The notes under the pieces: model-generated
What the model saw: only the letters and a program-made list of their open reading frames with translations
Database searches by the model: none
What the model was told of the DNA's origin: nothing
Source: a virus
Lineage: Duplodnaviria; Caudoviricetes
Strand: one strand, 5' to 3'
Virus record (IMG/VR): IMGVR_UViG_3300043427_003220
Span: 32,001 to 96,000 of that record
Length of the DNA stretch: 64,000 nt
Shown: piece by piece, positions 17,909 through 28,600 of the stretch
Numbering within the stretch: position 1 is the stretch's first letter
Layout of the letters: each line of letters begins with the position of its first letter
Program-made: the position numbers and the translations under genes

Positions 17909-18506
17909 AAAGCTTCCCTCAACACACTGCCCACTAGCCGTAGAGTCTATCGAAGCAATCAAGGCGGGACAGCCAGACAAAGTCACATGCCCCTTCTTTG
18001 TTAACGATATGCACTCTAATTACTGTTTTTGGAAATTCATGGACGAAGATGGCGAGGCTATTGACTCTGCCCGCAGGATTGCTCAGCTAAATGTTATGCA
18101 AGAAACCGAAGTTAAAGAAATTATTGGAAATACTGCCGAAACTATTTTAGAATCGGTTAATTCTGAAGACATTCAGCTTTTCAAAGAGGCCGTTTACGAA
18201 GCCATGCCAGAAGCCTCATACGACATCTATACTCAAGAGTCATGGGTAGAGGAAGTCATAGGGGCTGAGGGGTTGCCCCAAGAACCAGGCAAACCTGGTC
18301 GTAAAAAGAAAGTTAAAATTCAAGCGCCCAAGGGTTTTTCAGGTGGCCATGCTTTGCATAAGTCTGGAAAAAGAACTCAGTTGACTGGATTGTCGGCTAA
18401 GTGGCATGAACACGTTAAAGAGTTCCAAAAAGGTGACACGCCTATTCGTATGACTTCTAATACTATGACAAAAAAGAAGAAAGACGAAAAAGATGAAGAC
18501 GCATGA
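17859..18506 (+). CDS. Hypothetical protein with Cys-containing N-terminus
   Basis: 215 aa, AAGGAG RBS, CP..CP..CP..YCFW motif. Confidence 0.6.
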   Translation: MAAKPTRFQQTCPRKLEKLPSTHCPLAVESIEAIKAGQPDKVTCPFFVNDMHSNYCFWKFMDEDGEAIDSARRIAQLNVMQETEVKEIIGNTAETILESVNSEDIQLFKEAVYEAMPEASYDIYTQESWVEEVIGAEGLPQEPGKPGRKKKVKIQAPKGFSGGHALHKSGKRTQLTGLSAKWHEHVKEFQKGDTPIRMTSNTMTKKKKDEKDEDA

Positions 18507-18699
18507 GGCAATTGAAAAGCTCAAATCAAACAATTCCGGCGACCGTGAAGACGGTGCGTGGGTGCTGTATGTAAATGCCTTACATTGTTATAAAACTTTA
18601 GAGCATCACGCTAAAAATGAATCTGACTGGAAATTAAGAGATTTATTGAATAAAATGCTAAATGATTTTAGGATTTTACATGACAAAGAAAACAGTTAA
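18493..18699 (+). CDS. Hypothetical protein
   Basis: 68-aa overlapping ORF within the operon. Confidence 0.45.
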   Translation: MKTHEAIEKLKSNNSGDREDGAWVLYVNALHCYKTLEHHAKNESDWKLRDLLNKMLNDFRILHDKENS

Positions 18700-19816
18700 A
18701 AACGTCAAACCAGTCTTAAAGACTATTCAGCATCTCAAGTTCATCAAGCAACTTGAGAAGAATGGTAATTTGGCCTATCAGATTATTGTAGACAAGATGG
18801 TTGACGATATTGTCAGTTACTTGAAGTCAGAGAGACTCGCCAAGGCTGAAGATCCCCTCAATATCCCCAAGAACTGGTCTAAGCTAGTCCCACGCATTGA
18901 ACTTAATGTAAATAAGACACTCGGCCCCATTATTGAAAAGTACATGTTGGCTTTGAAGTATGCCCTACTCGGTAAGGCTGCCGGCCAAGAAGCTGAAGAT
19001 GCAGTCGAAGAGCTAGGACTTAAGACATACTTGCCCAAGGGTTTATTGTTTCAGGGCTTTTTTGATGCTGTAGATACTCAATCTGATTACTTCTCCAAGG
19101 CACTAAAGCTACCCAAAATCAAGACTGATGCCTCCAAAGACCCCTTCATGGAGTACACGTTTAAGTTCATTAAAGAAAAGACGGCAAGGCATCTTGATAA
19201 GACTCTTGTCGATATGAAGACTAAGGCTCTGACGGCAATAGAAGAAGTCATTACGGAACACAACCACGAAAACACCTCGAACGTCCACCGCGTTGCCAAC
19301 CAACTTGCATCTGAACTCACAGAAACAAAGAAGAAGCGCGAAGCCGTCCATGATGCCGTCAAGGCAGTTGCCGAACACAAACTCAGTCTGACTAAAGCAA
19401 AGCAAACCCTTAAAGATACTTTTAAAGACTATGCGACAAATTGGGACTTGGTTGTCAAAACCGAAGTTGGCATGGCATCTGCTACGGCAACAAGCCAAGC
19501 AATTATGAACTTGGCGGGCTCCAAAGACAAAGACGTAATTGTGACGATTGTTTCAATTGAGGACGATAGAGTGTCCGAGGAGTGTAAGAATTGGTCTAGA
19601 AACGAGGATGGTTCTTTAAAATACTTTAACCTTACGGCTTTAAAACCAGCGGGCTATAATTTGGGTAAGAAAAAGGCGCAATGGGAAAACTGTCAACCAT
19701 TGCGGCATTTTAGATGTCGTTGTACTTTGGTATACGTTCCTAAAGGCTATAAAGTAGATGACTTTGGCTCGTTAGTAAAATTAGCTGAAGGTGAAAAAAT
19801 TAATATAGAGCGTTAA
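18680..19816 (+). CDS. Head morphogenesis / minor head protein (Mu gpF, SPP1 gp7-like)
   Basis: KTEVGMA...DDRVSEEC...PLRHFRCRCTLVY C-terminal motif. Confidence 0.75.
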   Translation: MTKKTVKNVKPVLKTIQHLKFIKQLEKNGNLAYQIIVDKMVDDIVSYLKSERLAKAEDPLNIPKNWSKLVPRIELNVNKTLGPIIEKYMLALKYALLGKAAGQEAEDAVEELGLKTYLPKGLLFQGFFDAVDTQSDYFSKALKLPKIKTDASKDPFMEYTFKFIKEKTARHLDKTLVDMKTKALTAIEEVITEHNHENTSNVHRVANQLASELTETKKKREAVHDAVKAVAEHKLSLTKAKQTLKDTFKDYATNWDLVVKTEVGMASATATSQAIMNLAGSKDKDVIVTIVSIEDDRVSEECKNWSRNEDGSLKYFNLTALKPAGYNLGKKKAQWENCQPLRHFRCRCTLVYVPKGYKVDDFGSLVKLAEGEKINIER

Positions 19817-20082
19817 ATAACTTCCTTAAAGACTACGACGCGAATAGATACCCAAGTTTCTAATCCATCGTAATTAAAACTACGGCGATGTTTGATTTGG
19901 TCTGGAGCGCGCCTATAGGTCCTAAGTGATGGTACCTGTTCCAAGGTCGAAACTGATTTTATAGGCAGGTTAACTTCTTGGCTCTTCCATTCGCAACCAA
20001 ACGTGTTCTTAAACTCGATTGGACTAAAAGATTTTGTTAGTAATTCATCCGCACTAACGAGTATAATCTCAATAGAGTCCAT
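19813..20082 (-). CDS. Hypothetical protein
   Basis: Last gene of a tightly packed minus-strand operon. Confidence 0.55.
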   Translation of the reverse strand: MDSIEIILVSADELLTKSFSPIEFKNTFGCEWKSQEVNLPIKSVSTLEQVPSLRTYRRAPDQIKHRRSFNYDGLETWVSIRVVVFKEVI

Positions 20083-20345
20083 TATGCGTCCTCGTCTCTG
20101 CTTTTAATGATGTGGATTTTTTCTTGCTTAAGATAGGTACTAAACACTTTAACTAAATGCTTTTCCACCGTTGTTTTCCAGTTTTCACTTAGAGGGGTCA
20201 TCCCATTTACGTTGCTTGACTGGGCATTATAGGCAATAGCGTGGGCAAGCTTAATAAGGTCTTGAGCGTGAATTACAAGGTGATAATCGCCAGTGTGCCC
20301 TTCTGCAATTAACATATCAATCTCTTCTCTTGAGTAAGTTTTCAT
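20082..20345 (-). CDS. Hypothetical protein
   Basis: TAATG-coupled ORF. Confidence 0.6.
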   Translation of the reverse strand: MKTYSREEIDMLIAEGHTGDYHLVIHAQDLIKLAHAIAYNAQSSNVNGMTPLSENWKTTVEKHLVKVFSTYLKQEKIHIIKSRDEDA

Positions 20346-20662
20346 TATTCTGACTTTCTGGACAACGTAGCGTTAATAGAATTTTTAGCTTCTTTCCACT
20401 TAGCTGCAGAAATTCTTATCTGCTTTTCTGCTAAACCGACTAGCTCCCACTGATTATCTAATGACATCAATGTCATGCGCCCAAATTTAACAATTTCATC
20501 GCTTTCTGTCAAGACGTAAATTGTCATTTTGTTAAGCATAACGATTACACCATACCGGCTATTGTTTTTTTCATCAATAAATTCCACGGTATCGCCGAGT
20601 TCGGCTCCTATAAGCTGCAACTCGTCATAAGCCCACGGCGTCGCTGTTGTTTCTAAGCTCAT
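20345..20662 (-). CDS. Hypothetical protein
   Basis: Start at ATG 20662 after AAGGAGGAG. Confidence 0.6.
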   Translation of the reverse strand: MSLETTATPWAYDELQLIGAELGDTVEFIDEKNNSRYGVIVMLNKMTIYVLTESDEIVKFGRMTLMSLDNQWELVGLAEKQIRISAAKWKEAKNSINATLSRKSE

Positions 20663-20672
20663 CGTCTCCTCC

Positions 20673-20948
20673 TTAAGGGGCCGGAACAATTTTCCACATT
20701 GGTTTATGATGTGAATTATTAAAAATTAAAATAGTTTTATAGTACCATCCATCTGGGCGCTCAATTCTAAGATTGTCAATATAATCCGCTGAATATCCAT
20801 TTAGCTCATCGGATTTTCTTAAAGCGTCAATAATATCTTCTCTCGACGGCATCGAAGACATCATAATATCGCAAACGTAATCGTCTTGACCGTCCGCCCA
20901 ATAAGCGGGAATTGTTAATTTATAGCGGTGCGGCTGAGAAAAGCTCAT
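20673..20948 (-). CDS. Hypothetical protein
   Basis: 91 aa, AAGGAG RBS. Confidence 0.6.
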   Translation of the reverse strand: MSFSQPHRYKLTIPAYWADGQDDYVCDIMMSSMPSREDIIDALRKSDELNGYSADYIDNLRIERPDGWYYKTILIFNNSHHKPMWKIVPAP

Positions 20949-20957
20949 AACTTCTCC

Positions 20958-21887
20958 TTACCAAATCTTTAATTGATTCAAAGCGTCTATAAACTTTTTG
21001 CTAGTCATTTTCGTAACGCACTCAGCAATTTCCATCTTGCGAGGACAATTAGCAAAGTTCCAATAGTTTAACGACCAATCGGACTCGCAAAAGCTGCAGG
21101 CAATGTTAGGAACAACAGCAATTGTTGGAACGCGGCCTCTATAGGGAATACGAAGGTCTGGCTTGATGGTTGTAAAGCCACAGACAACAGGAGTTCTTGT
21201 TGTCCAAGCAATATGTATAGGTCCGCCGTCCATCCCCACAATAGCTTTGGCTTGGCTCATAATAGTGGCAAGTTCTCTGAATGTTGTATCGTCTCTAAGG
21301 TCTACTCCAAATCCTGGGTACTCAAAGTCACTTGCAGCAAGGCTGGTTTTCCAAATAGAAATAGCTCCTCTCTTGCCCACATAAACAGGAGTCAAACCCT
21401 TGGAATAAACATATTCAGCAATCTTGGTGATTTCTTCTGGCAAGATTGTGCGTTGCTTGTCTCTATAAGTTGTGATGATAATGACTGACTTTGAAAAGTC
21501 TACGCCATAGCGATTGACATCTGCTGGCAAAAGAGGAACATACTGAGCATCAACGTCGTCAATAACGCGCCCCAATAAACCAATAGATGCGTATTGAGTT
21601 AACTTCATTCGAGATGGAGTTAGCTTACAAACATGATTGCCAACTCCAAGCATATTTAAGTGCCTGATTGAATAACCTGCAGGATACTGAGCGGTTACCT
21701 CGGTAAACTTACTTTCAGGAACAAAATGAAAGAAATCTTTAAAGTCTGGGTAAATTCCAACAAGATAATCATCTGTTCTTCTGTGGAAGTTTTCAATAGC
21801 GAACTTTAAAGAAGGAGCTGCGGCTATTAAATCGCCCACGGCAGCAGAGTTCAAACAATATACGACTTTATCTGCAATCATAATCAA
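20958..21887 (-). CDS. Glycosyltransferase family 9 (heptosyltransferase-like)
   Basis: AVGDLIAAAP, DLRD.TTFRELA..MSQA.AIVGMDGGPIHIA....PVV and CSFC...C motifs. Confidence 0.8.
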   Translation of the reverse strand: MIMIADKVVYCLNSAAVGDLIAAAPSLKFAIENFHRRTDDYLVGIYPDFKDFFHFVPESKFTEVTAQYPAGYSIRHLNMLGVGNHVCKLTPSRMKLTQYASIGLLGRVIDDVDAQYVPLLPADVNRYGVDFSKSVIIITTYRDKQRTILPEEITKIAEYVYSKGLTPVYVGKRGAISIWKTSLAASDFEYPGFGVDLRDDTTFRELATIMSQAKAIVGMDGGPIHIAWTTRTPVVCGFTTIKPDLRIPYRGRVPTIAVVPNIACSFCESDWSLNYWNFANCPRKMEIAECVTKMTSKKFIDALNQLKIW

Positions 21888-23335
21888 ACCTCTTTATATA
21901 CAATATCGTCCGTTATTGTTTCATATACGTTATATCTTGACTTAGCATACTGTTTAAAAATATCAAAGAACTTTTCGCTGTCATTGTTCCAAATTCCATA
22001 CCCAGCAGTTGTAATATCAATAAAAATTAGTTTTTTGCCCTTCTTGTATCGCAATCCACGGCCAATAACCTGCCGAGTCAAAGCCTCTGCTGAGTTCTGA
22101 ACACAAGAAATCATGAAGTCAACATCAGGCAAGTCGATACCCTCTCCAAGCAAACTGCTATTGGAGATTAGTAAATTTGTTTTGCCGTCTTTAAATTTAT
22201 AAAAAGGATTGCGATATCCACTATGGGCGGGCTCACAAGATATCCCCATCTCAGTTGCATACTCGCAAAACTCTGCCGACGGCTCTACGGTCTTAAACAA
22301 CACTAAGACTTTAAGACCCTTGTTCAGCCCGCTCTTTACTAGATTAAGCACCGTATGGAGTGCTTTCTCATGAGTCGAAAGCATCTTATAAGCTGTTTGC
22401 TGATGAGTCATTTCTCGAACGCGACCAAGCCCAGTAATTGTAAGGCAGGTGATGGCTACAGGACAAAGATACTCATTATCAATAGCCCATTTACTGTCCC
22501 TCTGAAAGACGATAGGACCTACAATCCCATGAAAACCTAGCTCTAGGTTGTCTGCCCTGACTGGAGTCGCAGTAAAGCCATAGATATACTTGGCTCGACT
22601 CCCAAAGATAGCCAGCTCTTTATACATATTAGAGGAAGAATGATGAGCTTCGTCGATGATGATGGCATCAAAAATGTCCGAATAGTTACGGCCACTGTTA
22701 ACAGTAGCAATAGCAATATCGACACCCTCTTTAAATTTGTGTTTGCCTCCAATTCCGCAGCTCTTGGGAGCAATCTGTTTAATGTCTTTGAGCATCTGAG
22801 AAATGAGTTCGACAGTAGGGACAACAATCAGGACTCTAAGGCCACGCTCGATGAGGGCGCGGCTCAGTAGACTGATACACATTGACTTGCCCGTTCCCGT
22901 GGGAAGAACGATACAGCCCCTTTTGTATTGCAGAGCCGTTCTAACGGCATCAGCCTGATAGTCTCTTGGAACTTTAGGGCCAACTGGAGACAGGTTAAGC
23001 TCCTTGCTTTTTTCCTTGTGACCATCCATATTGGGCACAAGCCACCAAAAACCTGGGGGTACGCTCAAAGTGCCGTCCTCGTTGTCGCCATAAAACTCAA
23101 CCTTAGTTTCCAGTTCTAACTGTGCAATTTCATTCTTTATTTTAATTGCGTGCTTGTCGTTGTAAGGTTTTTGACGTTTGAGCTGTTTAATCTTTGAAAT
23201 GACACCTTTATTTTCAACTGTTAAGAGATTCTTGACAGTTTCAAGTACACTCACAGAGCCAGACAAGGTGATTTCATTGTTCTTGTATTCGCCAATAAGG
23301 CCGTGTATGGGTTCAAAAGCATTATCTTTAGCCAT
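21884..23335 (-). CDS. Superfamily II DEAH-box helicase (UvsW/Res-like)
   Basis: RDYQ, LPTGTGKS, DEAHH, GFTATP, GEGIDLP and QVIGRGLR motifs. Confidence 0.92.
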   Translation of the reverse strand: MAKDNAFEPIHGLIGEYKNNEITLSGSVSVLETVKNLLTVENKGVISKIKQLKRQKPYNDKHAIKIKNEIAQLELETKVEFYGDNEDGTLSVPPGFWWLVPNMDGHKEKSKELNLSPVGPKVPRDYQADAVRTALQYKRGCIVLPTGTGKSMCISLLSRALIERGLRVLIVVPTVELISQMLKDIKQIAPKSCGIGGKHKFKEGVDIAIATVNSGRNYSDIFDAIIIDEAHHSSSNMYKELAIFGSRAKYIYGFTATPVRADNLELGFHGIVGPIVFQRDSKWAIDNEYLCPVAITCLTITGLGRVREMTHQQTAYKMLSTHEKALHTVLNLVKSGLNKGLKVLVLFKTVEPSAEFCEYATEMGISCEPAHSGYRNPFYKFKDGKTNLLISNSSLLGEGIDLPDVDFMISCVQNSAEALTRQVIGRGLRYKKGKKLIFIDITTAGYGIWNNDSEKFFDIFKQYAKSRYNVYETITDDIVYKEV

Positions 23336-23418
23336 AAAAACTCCGTTTTATCTGTATTACCAAACGCAAACATACGAGTCAATGATAAAATATAACAAGT
23401 ATTTCATAGGGGTTTCAG

Positions 23419-24201
23419 ATGGGACTAAAAGTCTTTGGGTTGGGAGCGGTACAGTCAGTCGACAAACAAGGCGAACTGATTGAAATTGCTAATATTGATA
23501 CATCCAACCTACGCATGATTACAGACGAACACAACTCCGACCAAAAGGGCGCGTGGTGTATTGTTGGCGGAATTACCGCTCACAAGAAAATTATGTCTGA
23601 AAAAGATTGCGAGACTCCTCGCCAAAAAAAATGCTGGGATTTGGTAAAAGTCCCCTATCTTTATGTTGAAGGAGAACTTGCCGATGGACACCCAAACGCA
23701 GATGCTGCTGCTGCACTTATTCGCTATACCGCTGCTAATCCTGATATTCCCCTAAAAATTGGTATGTCAATCGAAGGGCTTATCTTAAAACGCGGCGGGC
23801 CAGAAGGGTCAACAGAGCATAAAGTCATCAAGCAATCTTCCGCCGACGCCATTGCTATTACAGCTAAACCTTGCAATCCACAAGCTCAGATGTTTCCAAT
23901 GAACGACCTTATGAAGTCTTCCATTGAACCACCACCTGCAGAATACCTGCAGAAATTCATGAAGTCTGAAGGCGCTACGGAGTCTTTTAAGCATCGACCT
24001 GAAATTCGTCTTCAGCAGAAGCTTCAGCAGTTGAAAAAATCTTTGGAAGATGTTTTAAAGGGTGGTACATGCTCTGTTAAGTGCTGGAGCTGCGGCGATA
24101 CCGAACGCATGTTCAAGGCATCACGAGAGTGGAGTAATCGCTGCAAAAAATGCGGAGATGCTCGCAGTATGAAAGACATTTGGAACGCTTTAAACCAATA
24201 A
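23419..24201 (+). CDS. Probable prohead protease with C-terminal Zn-ribbon
   Basis: D.QGE.I, H, LYVEGEL, GMSIEG and AIT.KPCNP motifs of HK97-type proteases, plus CWSC...CKKC tail. Confidence 0.65.
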   Translation: MGLKVFGLGAVQSVDKQGELIEIANIDTSNLRMITDEHNSDQKGAWCIVGGITAHKKIMSEKDCETPRQKKCWDLVKVPYLYVEGELADGHPNADAAAALIRYTAANPDIPLKIGMSIEGLILKRGGPEGSTEHKVIKQSSADAIAITAKPCNPQAQMFPMNDLMKSSIEPPPAEYLQKFMKSEGATESFKHRPEIRLQQKLQQLKKSLEDVLKGGTCSVKCWSCGDTERMFKASREWSNRCKKCGDARSMKDIWNALNQ

Positions 24202-24210
24202 GAGGTTGAT

Positions 24211-24588
24211 ATGCCAAGTATTTTTTCTGATAATGGTGTAGCTGGTCTAAAATTAGATTACGGTGATGCCACAAAAGCTGTTCTCGCTGCTGCTACAGAA
24301 CTAGCACCTGCAATTTTAATGACATTGGCAGACCAATCTCACAAAGTCATTTTTCATAATGATTCCGACCAAGAAGTGCAAATTTTGGTTTCCAATCCGT
24401 CTAGCTTAGACGGCGTTTGGCAAAAACTATTGTGCTTGGCTCCTGCGCAGTCTCTACCCATTGAAAATTATGCGGGGCCAATGTGCCTATTTCCTCCGCG
24501 CACTAAATTTGCAGCATATTCATTAGGTTCTCACGTAGGAGTTGGCGACCCTGATGGTAAGTGCAGAATTTACGTGTGGCTAGGATAA
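24211..24588 (+). CDS. Putative structural protein
   Basis: 125 aa, GAGGT RBS, co-transcribed with the protease. Confidence 0.5.
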   Translation: MPSIFSDNGVAGLKLDYGDATKAVLAAATELAPAILMTLADQSHKVIFHNDSDQEVQILVSNPSSLDGVWQKLLCLAPAQSLPIENYAGPMCLFPPRTKFAAYSLGSHVGVGDPDGKCRIYVWLG

Positions 24589-24591
24589 ATT

Positions 24592-24616
24592 AAAGGCTCC
24601 TTTCGGAGCCTTTTTT
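24592..24616. terminator. Bidirectional intrinsic terminator
   Basis: AAAGGCTCC-tttc-GGAGCCTTTTTT between convergent genes. Confidence 0.85.
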
Positions 24617-25157
24617 ATTTCTTGCTGAGTCTTGCCACTTCTTGGACAATCACATCAAAGACAGATGTCTTCCTCTCGTCAGCCATCTCAAGCAAGCGTT
24701 TCAGGATAAGCTCAAGGGTTTTATTGGCCACGCTCTTATCGTAATCGGCTTGGCTAGGGCCGCTAATGCGCCAATCGCCGGTCGTAACAACTTGACTCTC
24801 TTCTTTCAAGACTTTAGAAAGAACTTCTGGTTTCTTTGGTTTTACTTTTGATGGCTTTTTGACGGGTCTATTATGAACACTCACAAACACATCTGGTTTA
24901 GGGGTGGGCTTGGCAACGGATACTTTAGGCTTTTTGCCTGATTTCCTAGAGGCAAACTCCGCCCTTAATGCGCTCAGGATTGGCAACTCTTCAGGGGTGT
25001 CTTGTTTGTTTTGTTCTTGGTCAAGCGCCTGCTTAGCCTCTTCGAGAGAAGAGAATCGTCCCAAGTAAACCCTCTTAGAGTCACGAATAATTCTTACAAG
25101 ATACTTACGCTCAGTTGCGCTATAAGAAATGCCCTTAATACCAATTTTCATAATCAT
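24615..25157 (-). CDS. AP2-domain DNA-binding protein
   Basis: KGISY....KYLVRI......YLGRFSSLEEA AP2-like N-terminus followed by a basic low-complexity region. Confidence 0.65.
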   Translation of the reverse strand: MIMKIGIKGISYSATERKYLVRIIRDSKRVYLGRFSSLEEAKQALDQEQNKQDTPEELPILSALRAEFASRKSGKKPKVSVAKPTPKPDVFVSVHNRPVKKPSKVKPKKPEVLSKVLKEESQVVTTGDWRISGPSQADYDKSVANKTLELILKRLLEMADERKTSVFDVIVQEVARLSKK

Positions 25158-25417
25158 TTCCCTTCCTTAAAGAATCTTTTAGTTACAGAACACCATTCGC
25201 CATACATTCCATCACGCGCAAAACGTCTATTGTCATTTGCAGAATCACCAACATGAAGATGAGCTAGGCCCAACGCATCTAACCCATGAACAGCCGTATT
25301 GAACATATGAGGCGCATAAGTCGAACGCCCGTCAGCATACCTTTGAGCCATCCACAACGTATCCCTAATTATCTCTTTAAGTTTTTCATTTTCTTCTTTG
25401 AGTTTCTTCATCGTCAT
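25154..25417 (-). CDS. Hypothetical phage protein
   Basis: LWMAQRYADGRSTYAP...FARDGM motif. Start is approximate. Confidence 0.55.
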   Translation of the reverse strand: MTMKKLKEENEKLKEIIRDTLWMAQRYADGRSTYAPHMFNTAVHGLDALGLAHLHVGDSANDNRRFARDGMYGEWCSVTKRFFKEGK

Positions 25418-25519
25418 GGCGGCCCCCACTCATATTCATAAGTAACAATGGCAACACTATCATAAGCGAACCGACCAGCACAAGAGCAAAATTAAACATA
25501 GCTCACCTCCATACCATTC

Positions 25520-25547
25520 TATTCGGTCTAGAATGGAAAAACCTTTA
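25520..25547 (-). promoter_or_regulatory. Weaker sigma-28-type promoter overlapped by an inverted repeat
   Basis: Minus strand reads TAAA-ggtttttccattctag(16)-ACCGAATA, then GGAGGTG and ATG at 25499. CCATTCTA/TAGAATGG palindrome at 25514-25536. Confidence 0.45.
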
Positions 25548-25603
25548 GTATTATTGTAAAATAAGGCCATAAGGTCACGTCCAAACTCCTGTAAAGGTGC
25601 AAA

Positions 25604-28600
25604 ATGTCTGAAATTTTACATAAAGACTTAATTGGCGAAGATATTCATGAATTAAAAGTTACAGTATCTGCAGCCCCTCCAGCCTCGGTTCCAATATTCG
25701 TAGGGCAGGGCTATTATGATTTAGTAGCTAAAAAGTTTTATGTAGCGCAAGGGACATCTTTGTTGTCAGACTGGATTACTACAGACATTCCGCCATTTTT
25801 GACTTTTTTGGACACTAGGACAATCTCTTGGACTTCGACCACCAGCGGCGGCGGCACTCAAATTACATATAGTGCAAACGTGGAAGAAGCGGAGTTAATA
25901 TTAACTTCAACTAATATCACAGACTTTTCAAACGCCGTTCTTACTCTTCCAGAAATTGTTTCTTTGTTGGCAGACCAACACACTCGTTTAATTTTAAGAA
26001 CAGGAGGAGAGCCTAACCCAACGGTATGGAGCCCCGCTGTTTTTAATGGCCTAGAGCTTGACAGCGATTCTCAAAAAATTAAACTTTCTCAAAACTTATC
26101 TGAAATTGGCGACCCTACCTTCAACGAAACTACACTGACTATTCGTTCAAGAACTCCTTTATTAACTCTGACTTCCGGTGGTACTCCTACCGCTGCATCT
26201 TTATACCTTGACGGCAGTAAGGGCATGGTTGCGAGGGGTTTTGCCGGCAGTACGTCTAGCTTTACGTTGCAAAATGAGGCCGGAGACGACGTACTTAAAA
26301 ATCCTGTAAGCACCGATCAACTTGTTCTTCCGTCGTTAGGTGGATTGGATGCACCTTACGTTGTTCATTCCGATGCAAGTGGATTGCTTTCTGCATCTAA
26401 GCTCGTCGATGCTGATGTAGATGCCGCTGCAGCTATTGCAGGCACTAAGGTTTCTCCTGACTTTGGTAGTCAAAATATTACTACTACCGGTTCAGTTTTA
26501 GTTGACACAATCGAATCAAACACCAATGATATTGGTATTTTAACTGGAAACGATAATAAAACAATCTTAATTGGTACTGGTAGCGGATACAATACAATTA
26601 ATCTGGGTGGTACCAATACGGTTGTAAATATTTCAGGCGCCGTATATACAACTCCGGTTGAGTACGTAACAGAAGATAAAAACATTGTAGTAAATTTTAA
26701 TGCTTCTGGACAAGATTCTCCGGATTCAGGCCTTTATGTTCAAGAAGAATATAGCGGCGCACTTATTAACCTTACAGATGCAACTTGGCAAGCTGGAAAT
26801 ACGGTAAGATATGCGGTTGATATAGCCGGCATTGATGGTCTGGTCGCCGGTGAATATGTCCGTATTACTGGTTTTGTAAATACTCAAAATAATGGGACTT
26901 TTAAAGTATTAACCGCAAATGCTGGGTATATTGACGTTGTCAATCCCAAAAGAACAGATGCTTCTAAAGACGAAACAGGTGTAACTGCAAACGCAGCTCG
27001 CTTATTGCTAAATGGTTATATTCATGTTGGCTCGACTCGCATGAGTTGGGAAGTGCGTGCGCCCGCTCACGCCGGAATTATAGAATTAAAACCACAAACG
27101 GCAGCAAAAACTCTTCAAATTACCAGCGAGTCATCCAACGATGTAACCGTTAAATTTAATACAAATCTTACCGTAGACCAAGATTTACAAAAAACATCTT
27201 CGGTTGAGTTTTCTGATGCAAAAATATCAACTTTTGGCACAGGCATTGTTCACTCAAATGCCAGTGGACAGCTTTCATCTTCTTTAATTCAAAACGCTGA
27301 TGTGGACGGCTCAGCTGCTATTGCAGGAACAAAAATTTCTCCTGATTTTGGTAGCCAAAATATTACCACCACCGGAGACTTGTCCGTTAGTTCAGTAAAA
27401 GTTACAGGGATCGAACCCGTAGGCGGAGCTAACTTTTTTACATCCGCAACAAATGGACTTGTATTAAGAGGAGTTGCTGGAACATCCGCTCAGTTTAAGT
27501 TAATCAGCGACCTTGGTGTAAATTTTGTTACAATTACAGATACTTCTGTAACATTTCATAGCTTAACAAATGGAGTTGTAAAAGCATCTTCCGGAACACT
27601 AAGCTCAAGTTTATTAGTAAACGCAGACGTAGACGCTGCAGCAAATATTGAGGGCAGTAAAATTCAAGCTGCAGGCCCTACAAATGCCGGAGTTGTTGAT
27701 ACCGCCACTCAATCTTTTAGTGGAAACAAAACCTTTAACGGTAACGTAAGTATTACTAACTTTAGTGCAGCCGGAGTTGTTCACAACAACGCAGCGGGAT
27801 TACTATCAACGTCGCTCATTATGAACGCAGACGTTGACCCGTCGGCAGCTATTTCAGCAACAAAACTTTCAAATCAACCGTCCGGAAATATTGCAGCAAC
27901 AACCGTTCAAGCCGCAATCAATGAATTGGATACAGAAAAAGTAGCAAAATCCGGCGATAGTATGACCGGCGATTTATCTTTCGCCTCTAATTTTGGTATT
28001 CAATCAACCTCTGCAAGTAGCGTATTGGATGTCGGAACAAATGCAAATACCGCTGTATTAAACTTAGGCACGGGCAGCTTTACAAATACAATCAATTTAG
28101 GAACTGGCTCCGGCACAACGACTATTAATATTGGGGGTCCGAGCGATACTGTTAATATTACTGGAACCTTAAATACAGTCAATGTGACTGATATGGAAAT
28201 TACAGATAAAAACATTACTCTTAATAAAAACGGACCCGCTGCATCTGGTGACGGCTCTGGAATTAATATAGAAGAAGGCTCTTTAATTACTGGTTTTTCT
28301 AAAATAGGAAACAGTAGAACTAGTTGGGAATTTAAAGCTCCGGCTAGCTCTGGTTCTGTTTTACTAACTCCCTCTGCCGGCGCGCATGTGGCTGAATTTA
28401 AAATTCCAGCGCTTAGCTCTTCGGCAATTTACACTTTTCCTTTAACAACAGACTCGATTGTTGGAAGGAACAGTACAGATGATTTGTCTAATAAAACTTT
28501 GTTTAATCCAAAAATCGACCAAATTACCCCCTACAACGTAGACCAAACAATTACAATTAACGGCACAGCCGGCTTAAAAATACCCAGCGGAACAGACGCT

